From Bacteroidota bacterium (GTDB lineage Bacteria > Bacteroidota > Bacteroidia > B-17B0 > Aurantibacillaceae): a DNA stretch of 64,000 bases. Where the stretch lies: positions 6,861-70,860 of the forward strand of contig JACDED010000004.1 of the NCBI GenBank assembly GCA_013816615.1. Reading direction: 5' to 3'. The translations under genes were made by a program, and so were the position numbers. Shown here one piece after another: positions 29,329 to 38,794 of this stretch. Under the pieces are notes generated by a model that worked only from the letters and a program-made list of their open reading frames with translations, did no database searches and was not told the origin of the DNA. The first letter of the stretch is position 1. Each line of letters opens with the position of its first letter.

Positions 29329-31221
29329 ATGGCTCTTCCTTTAAGTAATATAAAATGCAAATACTTACTGACCTTTAGCATATTATTTTCTTTTTTTCAT
29401 TTTTTTACTCAAAATGTTTCCAAAAAAGATTCACTTACAATAGAACGCTTATGTAAAAATGCTAAAGATTCACTTTCTCTTAATCCAGTCTCAGCATTTC
29501 AAATTGGCGATAGTGTTATTCTGATATCTAAAAAGAATAATTATAGTATTGGATTAATCCGAGGTTACAATGTTTTAGGCTCAATTCGCCAGCGCGAAGC
29601 CAAATATGCTCAGGCACTTTCTTATTTTGAAAAAGCAATTGAAATTGCCCGTACTTGCAATTGCGATAATGACCTCAGCATGGTTTTATATAACATTTCG
29701 GGGCTTTATTCCACCATGTCAAATTACGACAGGTCTTTTGAAGCAAGTACAGAAGCGCTTAATATAAAAATACAAATTAAAGATAGCCTTGGCATTGCAA
29801 GATGTTACAGGCAAATAGCCGAATGCCTATTTACCAAAGGAGATTCTAAGGCTGGTCTTTTATACATGAATAAAGCCGTAGATTTAATAAGAAAGTTAAA
29901 TAGATCAAAACCCTTAGTAAGAATATTGATAAGCAGGGCTATTATTTTTATTGATGAAAAGAAATTCCAACCCGCTTTAAATGATCTGTATGAAGCAAGG
30001 TCTATTACAGATAGTAATTCTGATGCCCCTTCTTTATCTTCTATTTATTTACATCTTGGCTTATGTTTTGATAATATGCATAAAACAGACTCAGCCGTTA
30101 ATTACTATTCAAGGTCTTTATTAATTGCCAGGCAATTAAATGAAAAATTAGTTAAAACTGTTTGTTTAAATAACCTGGGAGAGATCTATTTAAAAAGAAA
30201 AAATATTCCTTTTGCCGAGAATTATTTATTGGAAGGTTTGCCTATTGCTAAAGAAATTAACAGCATAGTTGATATCAGGAATTTCTATGGGAATTTAGCG
30301 GAGTTATATTTTATTAAAGGCGATTATCAAATGGCATATTTATATGAACAGCAGTTTGAAGCATACTCCGACTCACTGATGAATGAACAAAAAATGAAAG
30401 CCATTGAAGAGCTATCTATCAAATTTGAAACCAGGGAAATAACTGAACAAAATAAATTATTGCAAACGCAAAGTAAATTGGATAGAATAAAAGTTGAGCA
30501 AAAAAATTACGTTATATACGCTATTTTAATATTTATTTTTCTAGCAGCTATGATCGTAACACTTTTTATTAAAAAACGGCAAGAGAAAAATCAGCATAAA
30601 AACAATGAGCTCAAACAGAAATTATTATTGAGCCAAATGAACCCACACTTTATATTTAATTCTGTAGATAATATTCAAAGTTTAATATACAATGATAAAA
30701 ACAAAGAAGCCATCAATTACTTAACTAAATTCTCAAAATTAACACGCCAAATACTCGAGAACTCAAATGAGAATTACATTACACTAAGCGAAGAATTTGC
30801 AATGCTGGATAATTATCTGAATATACAGCAACTGTTATACTCGAATAAATTTGTTTATACAGTAAATTTTAGCGAAAGTATTGACCAGGAAAATATATTA
30901 ATTCCGCCCATGCTAACTCAGCCTTTTATTGAAAATGCAATTAAGCATGGCTTAAAAAATAAAACAAACGGAGGGATCGTTAATATTAGGTTCTGCATGG
31001 AAAATAACAACTTGCTTTTTGAAGTAACAGATAACGGTTCGGGACTTGAATCCAATATTGATCACAATCATAGATCATTAGCAACACAAATTGTAGCTGA
31101 GCGGTTAAATACTACAACTAATAAAAAAAACATAAAAATTTTTACTTCAAATATCATTTTGGATAATGTAATTTGTGGTGTTAAAACTTCATTTGAAATA
31201 CCCTATATTTACAACAATTAA
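29329..31221 (+). CDS. TPR-containing LytS/YehU-type sensor histidine kinase
   Basis: N-terminal TPR-like repeats, one TM helix (YVIYAILIFIFLAAMIVTLFI), the His_kinase-type H region LLSQMNPHFIFNSVDNIQSLI and an ATPase region (VTDNGSGL). Confidence 0.85.
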   Translation: MALPLSNIKCKYLLTFSILFSFFHFFTQNVSKKDSLTIERLCKNAKDSLSLNPVSAFQIGDSVILISKKNNYSIGLIRGYNVLGSIRQREAKYAQALSYFEKAIEIARTCNCDNDLSMVLYNISGLYSTMSNYDRSFEASTEALNIKIQIKDSLGIARCYRQIAECLFTKGDSKAGLLYMNKAVDLIRKLNRSKPLVRILISRAIIFIDEKKFQPALNDLYEARSITDSNSDAPSLSSIYLHLGLCFDNMHKTDSAVNYYSRSLLIARQLNEKLVKTVCLNNLGEIYLKRKNIPFAENYLLEGLPIAKEINSIVDIRNFYGNLAELYFIKGDYQMAYLYEQQFEAYSDSLMNEQKMKAIEELSIKFETREITEQNKLLQTQSKLDRIKVEQKNYVIYAILIFIFLAAMIVTLFIKKRQEKNQHKNNELKQKLLLSQMNPHFIFNSVDNIQSLIYNDKNKEAINYLTKFSKLTRQILENSNENYITLSEEFAMLDNYLNIQQLLYSNKFVYTVNFSESIDQENILIPPMLTQPFIENAIKHGLKNKTNGGIVNIRFCMENNNLLFEVTDNGSGLESNIDHNHRSLATQIVAERLNTTTNKKNIKIFTSNIILDNVICGVKTSFEIPYIYNN

Positions 31222-31225
31222 AAAG

Positions 31226-31972
31226 ATGCTACGAGCCATTATAGTTGACGATATAGATTCGATAAGGACAAAAAACATTGCTTTAATAAAAGAAAACTGC
31301 CCCAATGTTGCAATTATTGCCGAAGCAAATAGTGTAGAATCGGGTGTTGAAGCAATAAAAAAATATTTACCCGACCTGGTTTTTTTGGATGTGGAAATGC
31401 CTGACGGTAATGGCTTTGATCTTTTGCAGCACCTAAAACCAATCACCTTTAAAGTTATTTTTATTACCGGCTTTCAGGATTTTGCTACCAAAGCTTTTAG
31501 ATTTAGCGCTATTGATTATTTGTTAAAACCTATTGATCCTATCGACCTGATCCAGGCCGTAAAAAAAGCAGAACAGGTTTTAGACAAAGAAGTGCTGGAG
31601 TTAAAATTCAAAGCATTATTCGCAAATATTGAGAGCCCTAAAAATTTACAAAAACTGGTTTTAAAAACTGCAGAAAAAGTTTATTCTGTTAATGTACAGG
31701 ACATCGTAAATTGTATCTCTGAAAAAAATTATACAACTTTTAATTTTATAAACGCCCCTAGCCTTGTAGTTTCAAATACATTAAAAGAGTATGAAACACT
31801 ATTAACGCCGTTTGGCTTTTTCCGGACCCACCAATCGCATTTAATAAATATGCAATACTTTGATCATTTTATAAAAGCAGATGGCGGCAGTATTGTAATG
31901 AAAAATAAAAGCACTATCCCTTTGGCGGTACGCAAAAAAGAAGAGTTTTTAGCACTTTTAAATAATCTGTAA
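31226..31972 (+). CDS. LytTR-family response regulator
   Basis: I take ATG 31226 (MLRAIIVDD...). Receiver motifs DLVFLDVEMPDGNG are followed by a C-terminal LytTR domain (FFRTHQSHLINM). Confidence 0.9.
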   Translation: MLRAIIVDDIDSIRTKNIALIKENCPNVAIIAEANSVESGVEAIKKYLPDLVFLDVEMPDGNGFDLLQHLKPITFKVIFITGFQDFATKAFRFSAIDYLLKPIDPIDLIQAVKKAEQVLDKEVLELKFKALFANIESPKNLQKLVLKTAEKVYSVNVQDIVNCISEKNYTTFNFINAPSLVVSNTLKEYETLLTPFGFFRTHQSHLINMQYFDHFIKADGGSIVMKNKSTIPLAVRKKEEFLALLNNL

Positions 31973-32081
31973 ACAGGTTTTGCTTATTCCTTAAAGGATT
32001 TGTTAAAATATTCATGATAGAACACAGATCATAGTTAAATCATATGTATCTGCGGGATCAGCGTTCTATTATCATAAGAAA

Positions 32082-32717
32082 CTAAACCCCAATCTCTAAA
32101 TGTGATCTGAATTTAGAATTGTAATCCTCAATACTTCTTAAAATTACTTCATGCGCTTCGGCAACACCATACGTGTGTGTAATTTCAACGGCTTTATTTT
32201 CCTGGCCAGGCATATTCTTATACGTTAAAAAATAATGCTTTAACCTGTCTATTAAAGTGGCCGGGCATTCACTAACGTCTTTTAACTTGCCGTAAACCTC
32301 ATCCTGTTTTAATACAGCAATAATTTTATCATCGGCCTCACCTTTATCGATCATTCTAAAACCTCCAATAGGAATGGCTTCTAAAATAATATCGCCACTA
32401 CTGATGTTCCTTTCGGTTAACACACAAATATCCAAAGGATCACCATCTCCTTTTAATACATTTAATCCTGATTTTAAAGCCGCGAATTCCCTTATTTTTT
32501 CACCACAATAGGTTTGAGGTACAAAACCATAAAGCGCAGGCACATAATTAGAGAATTTTTGCGGCCTGTCAACTTTTCTATACCCCGTTAGTTTATCGAT
32601 CTCATATTTTACAGTATCGCCTGGCACCATTTCAATATAGGCGGTAACAACACCTGGACAGCTTTCTCCTATCGGAATACCATGCCAGGGGTGTGGTTTA
32701 AATAACTGAACGCTCAT
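32082..32717 (-). CDS. ppa: inorganic diphosphatase
   Basis: Family I PPase pattern: KYEIDKLTG..., YGFVPQTY, DGDPLDICVL. Confidence 0.85.
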   Translation of the reverse strand: MSVQLFKPHPWHGIPIGESCPGVVTAYIEMVPGDTVKYEIDKLTGYRKVDRPQKFSNYVPALYGFVPQTYCGEKIREFAALKSGLNVLKGDGDPLDICVLTERNISSGDIILEAIPIGGFRMIDKGEADDKIIAVLKQDEVYGKLKDVSECPATLIDRLKHYFLTYKNMPGQENKAVEITHTYGVAEAHEVILRSIEDYNSKFRSHLEIGV

Positions 32718-32719
32718 AT

Positions 32720-33304
32720 TTAAAATTTAAAATATTTTTTAAATAACCAATAAAACAAAAGTATAGCCGCTATAGAGATAACCAGCATTAAAATAGTTTG
32801 ATTGGTTGTGGGCCTTTCATTTCTATTTTGCGTGGTACTTTCTTTTAATTCCAGCATACGGTGTAATCCTAATTTCTCTCTCAAGAATTTTAACTCATCG
32901 TAATAATCATTGCCATAAGTAACAGCATAAAAATCTTCTTTTGCATTCTTAAAGAATTTACGGCTGCGGCTGCACCAATCCATTATTGCTTTATCAACCT
33001 GTTTGTAACGGCTGTATATGATCCACTCTTCACCTTCACTAAATTCCGAAGCGCATTCTACTCCACACTCAAATAAAACTGTAAATTTTTTTGAAGCATT
33101 ACCTTTATATAATTCCTCTACCTCAAAAACTGCCGTGCCAAATTTATCTTTACAGGTTTCAACGGATACAACTTTACCTTTAAAAACAACTTCGTATTTA
33201 TTGCATTCTTCTAAACTAAGCGTAGTTAAAGGGCATTGACAAGCAAAGCTATTAAGTGAATTAAATGCCAGAACAAGAAAAAATAATTTAAAAAGATAGT
33301 TCAT
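32720..33304 (-). CDS. membrane-anchored protein with TIMP-like (NTR/OB-fold) N-terminal domain
   Basis: A signal peptide ending SFA is followed by CQCPLTTLSLEECNKYEVVFKGKV. This matches the C1-x-C3-x9-C13-N14 spacing of mammalian TIMP N-termini as I recall them ([23 protein letters not shown]). Later LYKG and EEWIIYS motifs parallel MYKG and EEFLIAG. There is a C-terminal TM helix. Confidence 0.55.
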   Translation of the reverse strand: MNYLFKLFFLVLAFNSLNSFACQCPLTTLSLEECNKYEVVFKGKVVSVETCKDKFGTAVFEVEELYKGNASKKFTVLFECGVECASEFSEGEEWIIYSRYKQVDKAIMDWCSRSRKFFKNAKEDFYAVTYGNDYYDELKFLREKLGLHRMLELKESTTQNRNERPTTNQTILMLVISIAAILLFYWLFKKYFKF

Positions 33305-34795
33305 TTAAAAGGAATGGTTTTGTATAAAATTTTCAGATGCTTTCATTAGATCATAAACAACCTCATCGTTTTGCATAAAAGCAACAGTTTTACGGTAAGA
33401 TGTTATAACGGTTTCCACTTTTACAGAAGATTTAAGCGGGCGTTTTAATTCCAGAGCCTGTGCTGCATTCAACAATTCAATGGCCAGTACTTTTTTGGTG
33501 TTATCAATTACCTGTAAACATTTTGTAGCTGCGTTGGCGCCCATGCTTACATGATCTTCCTGTCCGTTACTTGAAACTATGCTATCAACGCTTGCAGGTG
33601 TACATAATTGTTTGCTCTGACTTACAATACTTGCCGCAGTATATTGTGGGATCATAAAGCCTGAATTTAAACCCGCATTTGGCGCTAAAAATGGAGGCAA
33701 GCCACGCTGCCCTGAAATTAATAAATACGTTCTGCGTTCAGAGATACTTCCCAGTTCTGCCATAGCAATACATAAAAAATCCAAAGCTAATGCTAAAGGC
33801 TGTCCATGAAAATTACCACCGCTTAAGATCTCATCATCTTCCGGAAAAATAGTTGGATTATCTGTTACTGAATTAATTTCTGTTTCTAAAACAGATCTTA
33901 CATAAGCAACCGTATCTTTTGTAGCGCCATGCACTTGCGGTGCGCAACGGAACGAATAAGGATCCTGTACTTGTTTCTTTTCCTGCTTTCCAATTTCACT
34001 TCCTTCCAAATAATTTCTTATAGCGCGTGCGGTTTGTAATTGCCCCGCATGCGCGCGAATAATATGAAGGTTATCTTTGAATGGATCCATGCGTCCATCA
34101 AAAGCATCTAAAGAAACAGAAGTTATAAAATCAGCCGCCGTATTTAAATGCTCAGATTTAATTAAACAATAACAACCGTAAGCACTCATAAATTGCGTAC
34201 CGTTTAATAAGGCCAAACCTTCTTTAGATTTTAAACTTATTGCCTGAATATTTTTTTCTTTTAAAATCTCAGCAGTATTTACCTGCTTACCATTATAATT
34301 TACTTTTCCTAAACCTAATAAAGGCAGGCTTAAATGTGCTAACGGTGCCAGATCACCACTCGCACCCAAAGAGCCCAGTTGATATATAACAGGATAAATT
34401 TGATGATTAATAAGATCGCACAAACGCTCAACGGTTTGCAGCTGTACGCCGCTTTTACCATAGCTTAACGATTGGATCTTTAAGAACAACATTAATTTTA
34501 CAATTTCCTGCGGCACCTCGTTGCCCATACCACAAGCATGGCTCTTTACCAGATTTTCCTGTAGTTGTGCGAGATCTTTATCAGGAATAATAATATTACA
34601 TAAGGAACCAAAGCCGGTATTGATACCGTAAATAGGCTGTTCGCTTTTTTTAATTTTTTCGTCGAGATAATTACGGCAATCGCTAATGCTTTTTTTTGTG
34701 GCTTCGCTTAAAACAACTTTCGCATCTTTATCTTCAAGAAATTTTTTAAGATCGTTTAATGTTAAGCGTTTGGTATGATCAATAGTAAATGTCAT
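33305..34795 (-). CDS. hutH: histidine ammonia-lyase (HAL/PAL family)
   Basis: The MIO-forming motif GSLGASGDLAPLAH is present, and the length (496 aa) is typical of HutH. Confidence 0.85.
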   Translation of the reverse strand: MTFTIDHTKRLTLNDLKKFLEDKDAKVVLSEATKKSISDCRNYLDEKIKKSEQPIYGINTGFGSLCNIIIPDKDLAQLQENLVKSHACGMGNEVPQEIVKLMLFLKIQSLSYGKSGVQLQTVERLCDLINHQIYPVIYQLGSLGASGDLAPLAHLSLPLLGLGKVNYNGKQVNTAEILKEKNIQAISLKSKEGLALLNGTQFMSAYGCYCLIKSEHLNTAADFITSVSLDAFDGRMDPFKDNLHIIRAHAGQLQTARAIRNYLEGSEIGKQEKKQVQDPYSFRCAPQVHGATKDTVAYVRSVLETEINSVTDNPTIFPEDDEILSGGNFHGQPLALALDFLCIAMAELGSISERRTYLLISGQRGLPPFLAPNAGLNSGFMIPQYTAASIVSQSKQLCTPASVDSIVSSNGQEDHVSMGANAATKCLQVIDNTKKVLAIELLNAAQALELKRPLKSSVKVETVITSYRKTVAFMQNDEVVYDLMKASENFIQNHSF

Positions 34796-34802
34796 TACAA
34801 TA

Positions 34803-36176
34803 TTATTTTAATTCTTCAATTATTTGTTCAATACTTAATTTTTTTTGTTCGCCGGTTGCCATGCTTTTAAAAGCATAAAGCTTGCTTGCCATTTCATCGC
34901 CGCCAACAGTACATACAAACGGTATATTTTTTTTGTCAGCGTATTCAAACTGTTTTCCTAATTTTTTTGTTACGTCAGGGTATATCTCGCATGAAATATT
35001 ATTATTACGCAGGGCCGCCGCTAATTGCAGGCAGTGCCTTTGGGTATCAACATCAAAATGCGCAAATAATAATTTAGTACTTGATACTTTACTGATATGT
35101 TCAGGAAATAAATTTAATTCTTCCATCACATCATAAATACGATCAATACCAAAAGAGATACCAACACCACTCATGTTCTTTAAACCAAAAATACCGGTAA
35201 GGTCATCATAACGGCCACCTCCCAAAATACTTGGTGTAAATGTTCCGGCGTTTGCTTTCACTTCAAAAATAGTTCCTGTGTAATAATTTAATCCACGCGC
35301 AAGTGTAATATCCAATTCTATTGTTGCAAACGAAACGCTTGAGTTATTTAAAAGGTATTCAATTTCTTCAATTCCTTTTTTTCCTTCTTCGTTGGCGCCA
35401 ACTAATTTTCTTAATACTTCTACTTTCTCTTTATTATTTCCTTTAAAATCTAAAAGTGGTTGTAATGTTTCAATGGCTTTAGCGGAGATTCCTTTTTCAG
35501 TTAACTCTTTATTAACACCATCTTTACCAACCTTATCCAGTTTATCAATGGCAACAGTTATATCGATGATCTTTGAAGGCTCATCAATAACTTCTGCCAG
35601 AGCGGAAAGAATTTTACGGTTGTTGAATTTTAAAATTACAGGGACATTTATTTCTTTAAACGATTTATCCATTAACGAAATAAGATCCAGTTCGTTTATT
35701 AAAGAATCGCTTCCAATTACATCCGCATCGCATTGGTAAAATTCGCGGTATCTTCCTTTTTGCGGACGATCAGCTCTCCACACCGGTTGTATCTGGTAAC
35801 GTTTAAATGGAAAAGTTAATTGGTGTTGGTTCATTACCACGTAACGTGCAAAAGGCACCGTAAGATCGTAACGTAATGCTTTTTCGGTCAGCTCTTCCGA
35901 GTTTCTTGCTGATTCTAATGAAAGATCAAATTCTTTTTTTAGCAGCTCTTTATTTTTGCTTTCGTGGATACGTGAATTTAAAATTTTAAAGATCAATTGA
36001 TCGCCTTCTTCACCATACTTACCAGTAAGCGTAGTGATATTTTCCATACTCGGTGTTTCTATTGGCTGGTAACCAAAGAGTTCGAAATTTTTACGGATAA
36101 TATTTAAGATATATTGGCGTTTCTGCATTTCTGCAGGTCCAAAATCTCGCGTGCCTTTAGGAATAGATGGTTTCAT
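34803..36176 (-). CDS. hisS: histidine--tRNA ligase
   Basis: Class II HisRS motifs: KGTRDF N-terminus, RYREFYQCDADVIG, GGGRYDDL, and a C-terminal anticodon-binding domain. Confidence 0.93.
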   Translation of the reverse strand: MKPSIPKGTRDFGPAEMQKRQYILNIIRKNFELFGYQPIETPSMENITTLTGKYGEEGDQLIFKILNSRIHESKNKELLKKEFDLSLESARNSEELTEKALRYDLTVPFARYVVMNQHQLTFPFKRYQIQPVWRADRPQKGRYREFYQCDADVIGSDSLINELDLISLMDKSFKEINVPVILKFNNRKILSALAEVIDEPSKIIDITVAIDKLDKVGKDGVNKELTEKGISAKAIETLQPLLDFKGNNKEKVEVLRKLVGANEEGKKGIEEIEYLLNNSSVSFATIELDITLARGLNYYTGTIFEVKANAGTFTPSILGGGRYDDLTGIFGLKNMSGVGISFGIDRIYDVMEELNLFPEHISKVSSTKLLFAHFDVDTQRHCLQLAAALRNNNISCEIYPDVTKKLGKQFEYADKKNIPFVCTVGGDEMASKLYAFKSMATGEQKKLSIEQIIEELK

Positions 36177-36334
36177 TTAAAATTTAAAGCACAAACTTAC
36201 AAAAAAAGATACTTATACGCGTTTTTATAGTAGGGGTAAATGCCTTTTCAAACGTCTACCTATTAAATAATATACTTCACCGACTCAAAAAATAGTTTGA
36301 CACATCATTTATTACATAAAAGGCAATTTAATTA

Positions 36335-36375
36335 TACGGAAACTTGCAAGCGCATGCAAAGTTTCCGTAGTTTTG
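36335..36375 (+). promoter_or_regulatory. 35-bp palindrome abutting a TAnnTTTG (-7-type) box upstream of the TonB-dependent receptor gene
   Basis: TACGGAAACTTGCA-AGCGCA-TGCAAAGTTTCCGTA (36335-36369) is immediately followed, and overlapped, by TAGTTTTG (36368-36375), which matches the Bacteroidota -7 consensus. It lies 58 nt upstream of ATG 36433. Confidence 0.4.
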
Positions 36376-36432
36376 TGTCCGAAAAACAACATTTATTAAA
36401 GAAAAGTACTAACCCACTATAAAAAACAACAT

Positions 36433-38790
36433 ATGAAATTACGCTTACTACTATTCCTGACCATCTTTGCCCTTAAGATTTATAGCCAGGAAAAATTTAC
36501 CATTAGCGGTTATATAAAAGATGGAAAGAATGGAGAATCTTTAATTGGCGCAACCATATTTAAACAAGGTACTAATTTTGGTTCGGCAGCAAACGAATAT
36601 GGCTTTTTTTCATTAACCCTGCCAAAAGGTGAGCATGTTATTGGTATCTCATTAATAGGCTATAAAACTTATACTTTTTCTGTAAACCTTGAAAAGAACA
36701 TTACAAAAAATTATGAATTAGCAGAAGAAGGAAAGCAGCTGGATGAAGTGGTTGTTACCGGCGAAGCTGAAGATAAAAATATTACCAGTACTGAAATGGG
36801 CACTACAAAGCTTGACATTAAAGAAATAAATAAAATACCTGCTATGTTTGGTGAAGTGGATATTGTACGCGCTATACAAATGTTGCCGGGCGTTACAACC
36901 GTGGGCGAAGGAGCAAGTGGCTTTAACGTGCGCGGCGGGAATGTAGACCAGAATTTAATTTTGTTGGATGAAGCGCCCGTATATAACTCATCTCACTTAT
37001 TTGGTTTCTTTTCTGTTTTTAATCCTGATGCGGTTAAAGATGTAAAACTTATAAAAGGCGGCATACCATCTCAATATGGAGGAAGAGTATCGTCTATTTT
37101 AGATATAAGAATGAAAGAAGGTAACAGTAAAAAATTTGAAGTGAACGGCGGTTTAGGTACAGTATTTAGCAGGCTTAGTATTGAAGGCCCTATCATTAAA
37201 GATAAAATGAGCTTTATTATTGCCGGCCGCAGAAGTTATATTGATGCACTTGTAAAACCTTTTGTAAAAAGCACAAACCCCATTAAAACTTCAGAATTTT
37301 ATTTTTATGATCTTACTGCCAAGATCAATTACCGAATAAATGATAAAAATACCATTTTTGCCAGCGGTTATTTTGGAAGAGATGTTTTTGGAGCTACCGC
37401 TTTTAGATTTAATTGGGGTAATGCAACCGGCACATTAAGATGGAACCATATTTTTAGTAGTAAGCTATTTATGAATGTATCCGCTTTATATAGTAATTAT
37501 AAATATTTTCTTGGATTTAAATTACCACAGCTTAATCAAAAATTTGAATGGACGAGTAACGTTATTAACTATAGCGTAAAACCTGATTTTATTTATTATT
37601 TAAATAGTAAGAACACTATTCGTTTTGGTGCACAGGCTTTATTATACGATTTTCTGCCTTACGATGCAGTTGGCCAGTTCTCAGAAGGCGCCAGTGTAAA
37701 ATTTAAAGCAGAAAAACGTTATGGTGTAGAATACTCGGCATACATTGGTAATGAGCATAAGGTATTACCCCGTCTTACTTTTGATTATGGACTTAGGGTG
37801 AGCTTATACAATTATTTAGGAAAAGGCACATCCTATTATTATAGAGATACAGTTGCCAACGAACCAAAACCTTTAGATAGCACGCACAAATTCCAAAATG
37901 GCAAAGTAATTAAACACTATATCAATCCCGAGCCACGTTTCTCAATGAATTATGTTATAAATAGCCACAGCTCTATTAAAGCCAGCTATAACCGCATGGC
38001 GCAATACCTTCAGTTAATAAGTAATACGGCAGCCAGCACGCCGTTAGATGTATATACAATTGCTTCAAACAATTTAAAACCTTTGGTAGCTGACCAGGGA
38101 AGTATTGGTTATTTCAGGAATTTTAAAGAAAACGCGTATGAAACATCTGTTGAAGTATATTACAAGTATTTACAAAATCAGTTGGATTATGTTGATAATG
38201 CCGATCTGTTCATTAACGACCAGGTAGAAGGACAATTGGTACAAGGCTTAGGCCGTGCTTATGGTGCGGAATTTTATGTAAAAAAGAATAAAGGAAAAAT
38301 TAAAGGTTGGATAAGTTACACCTTAAGTAAAACTGAACGTTTGGTAGATGGGATCAGTAACGATAACTGGTTTTTTAGCCGTTATGATAGAACGCATTGC
38401 CTTAATACCTGTGTAAATTACGATCTTACAAAACGCTGGAACATTTCTACCAACTTTGTATTTTTAAGCGGCACACCTGCAAGCTTTCCGAATTCAAAAA
38501 TTCAGATCCAGAATTATAATATTCCTTATAATACGGATAATATTCGTAACAATTACCGTATTACAGCATATCACAGGTTAGACTTGGGCGCAACTTATAC
38601 ATTTAAAAAGAATGAGACCCGTCGTTATAAGCAATCATTGGTGTTCAGTGTTTACAATGCATACAATCGCCGTAACGCATTTAGTATTTATTTCCAAACA
38701 AAAGATGGTGAGCCAAATCAAACCCAGGCTGTACGTTTCTCGGTAATTGGTTCAATTGTTCCTGCAGTAACTTATAATTTTAATTTTTAA
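36433..38790 (+). CDS. TonB-dependent receptor with N-terminal carboxypeptidase-regulatory-like domain
   Basis: Signal peptide, CarbopepD_reg-like start (FTISGYIKDGKNGESLIGATI), a plug region (LDEAPVYN), a long beta-barrel and an aromatic C-terminus (...VTYNFNF). Confidence 0.9.
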   Translation: MKLRLLLFLTIFALKIYSQEKFTISGYIKDGKNGESLIGATIFKQGTNFGSAANEYGFFSLTLPKGEHVIGISLIGYKTYTFSVNLEKNITKNYELAEEGKQLDEVVVTGEAEDKNITSTEMGTTKLDIKEINKIPAMFGEVDIVRAIQMLPGVTTVGEGASGFNVRGGNVDQNLILLDEAPVYNSSHLFGFFSVFNPDAVKDVKLIKGGIPSQYGGRVSSILDIRMKEGNSKKFEVNGGLGTVFSRLSIEGPIIKDKMSFIIAGRRSYIDALVKPFVKSTNPIKTSEFYFYDLTAKINYRINDKNTIFASGYFGRDVFGATAFRFNWGNATGTLRWNHIFSSKLFMNVSALYSNYKYFLGFKLPQLNQKFEWTSNVINYSVKPDFIYYLNSKNTIRFGAQALLYDFLPYDAVGQFSEGASVKFKAEKRYGVEYSAYIGNEHKVLPRLTFDYGLRVSLYNYLGKGTSYYYRDTVANEPKPLDSTHKFQNGKVIKHYINPEPRFSMNYVINSHSSIKASYNRMAQYLQLISNTAASTPLDVYTIASNNLKPLVADQGSIGYFRNFKENAYETSVEVYYKYLQNQLDYVDNADLFINDQVEGQLVQGLGRAYGAEFYVKKNKGKIKGWISYTLSKTERLVDGISNDNWFFSRYDRTHCLNTCVNYDLTKRWNISTNFVFLSGTPASFPNSKIQIQNYNIPYNTDNIRNNYRITAYHRLDLGATYTFKKNETRRYKQSLVFSVYNAYNRRNAFSIYFQTKDGEPNQTQAVRFSVIGSIVPAVTYNFNF

Positions 38791-38794
38791 GAGT

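Noticed and set aside
36177-36432. Riboswitch upstream of the TonB-dependent receptor
   Set aside because: I could not recognise any conserved core (cobalamin, TPP or other) in this leader. Only the palindrome/promoter box is supportable.
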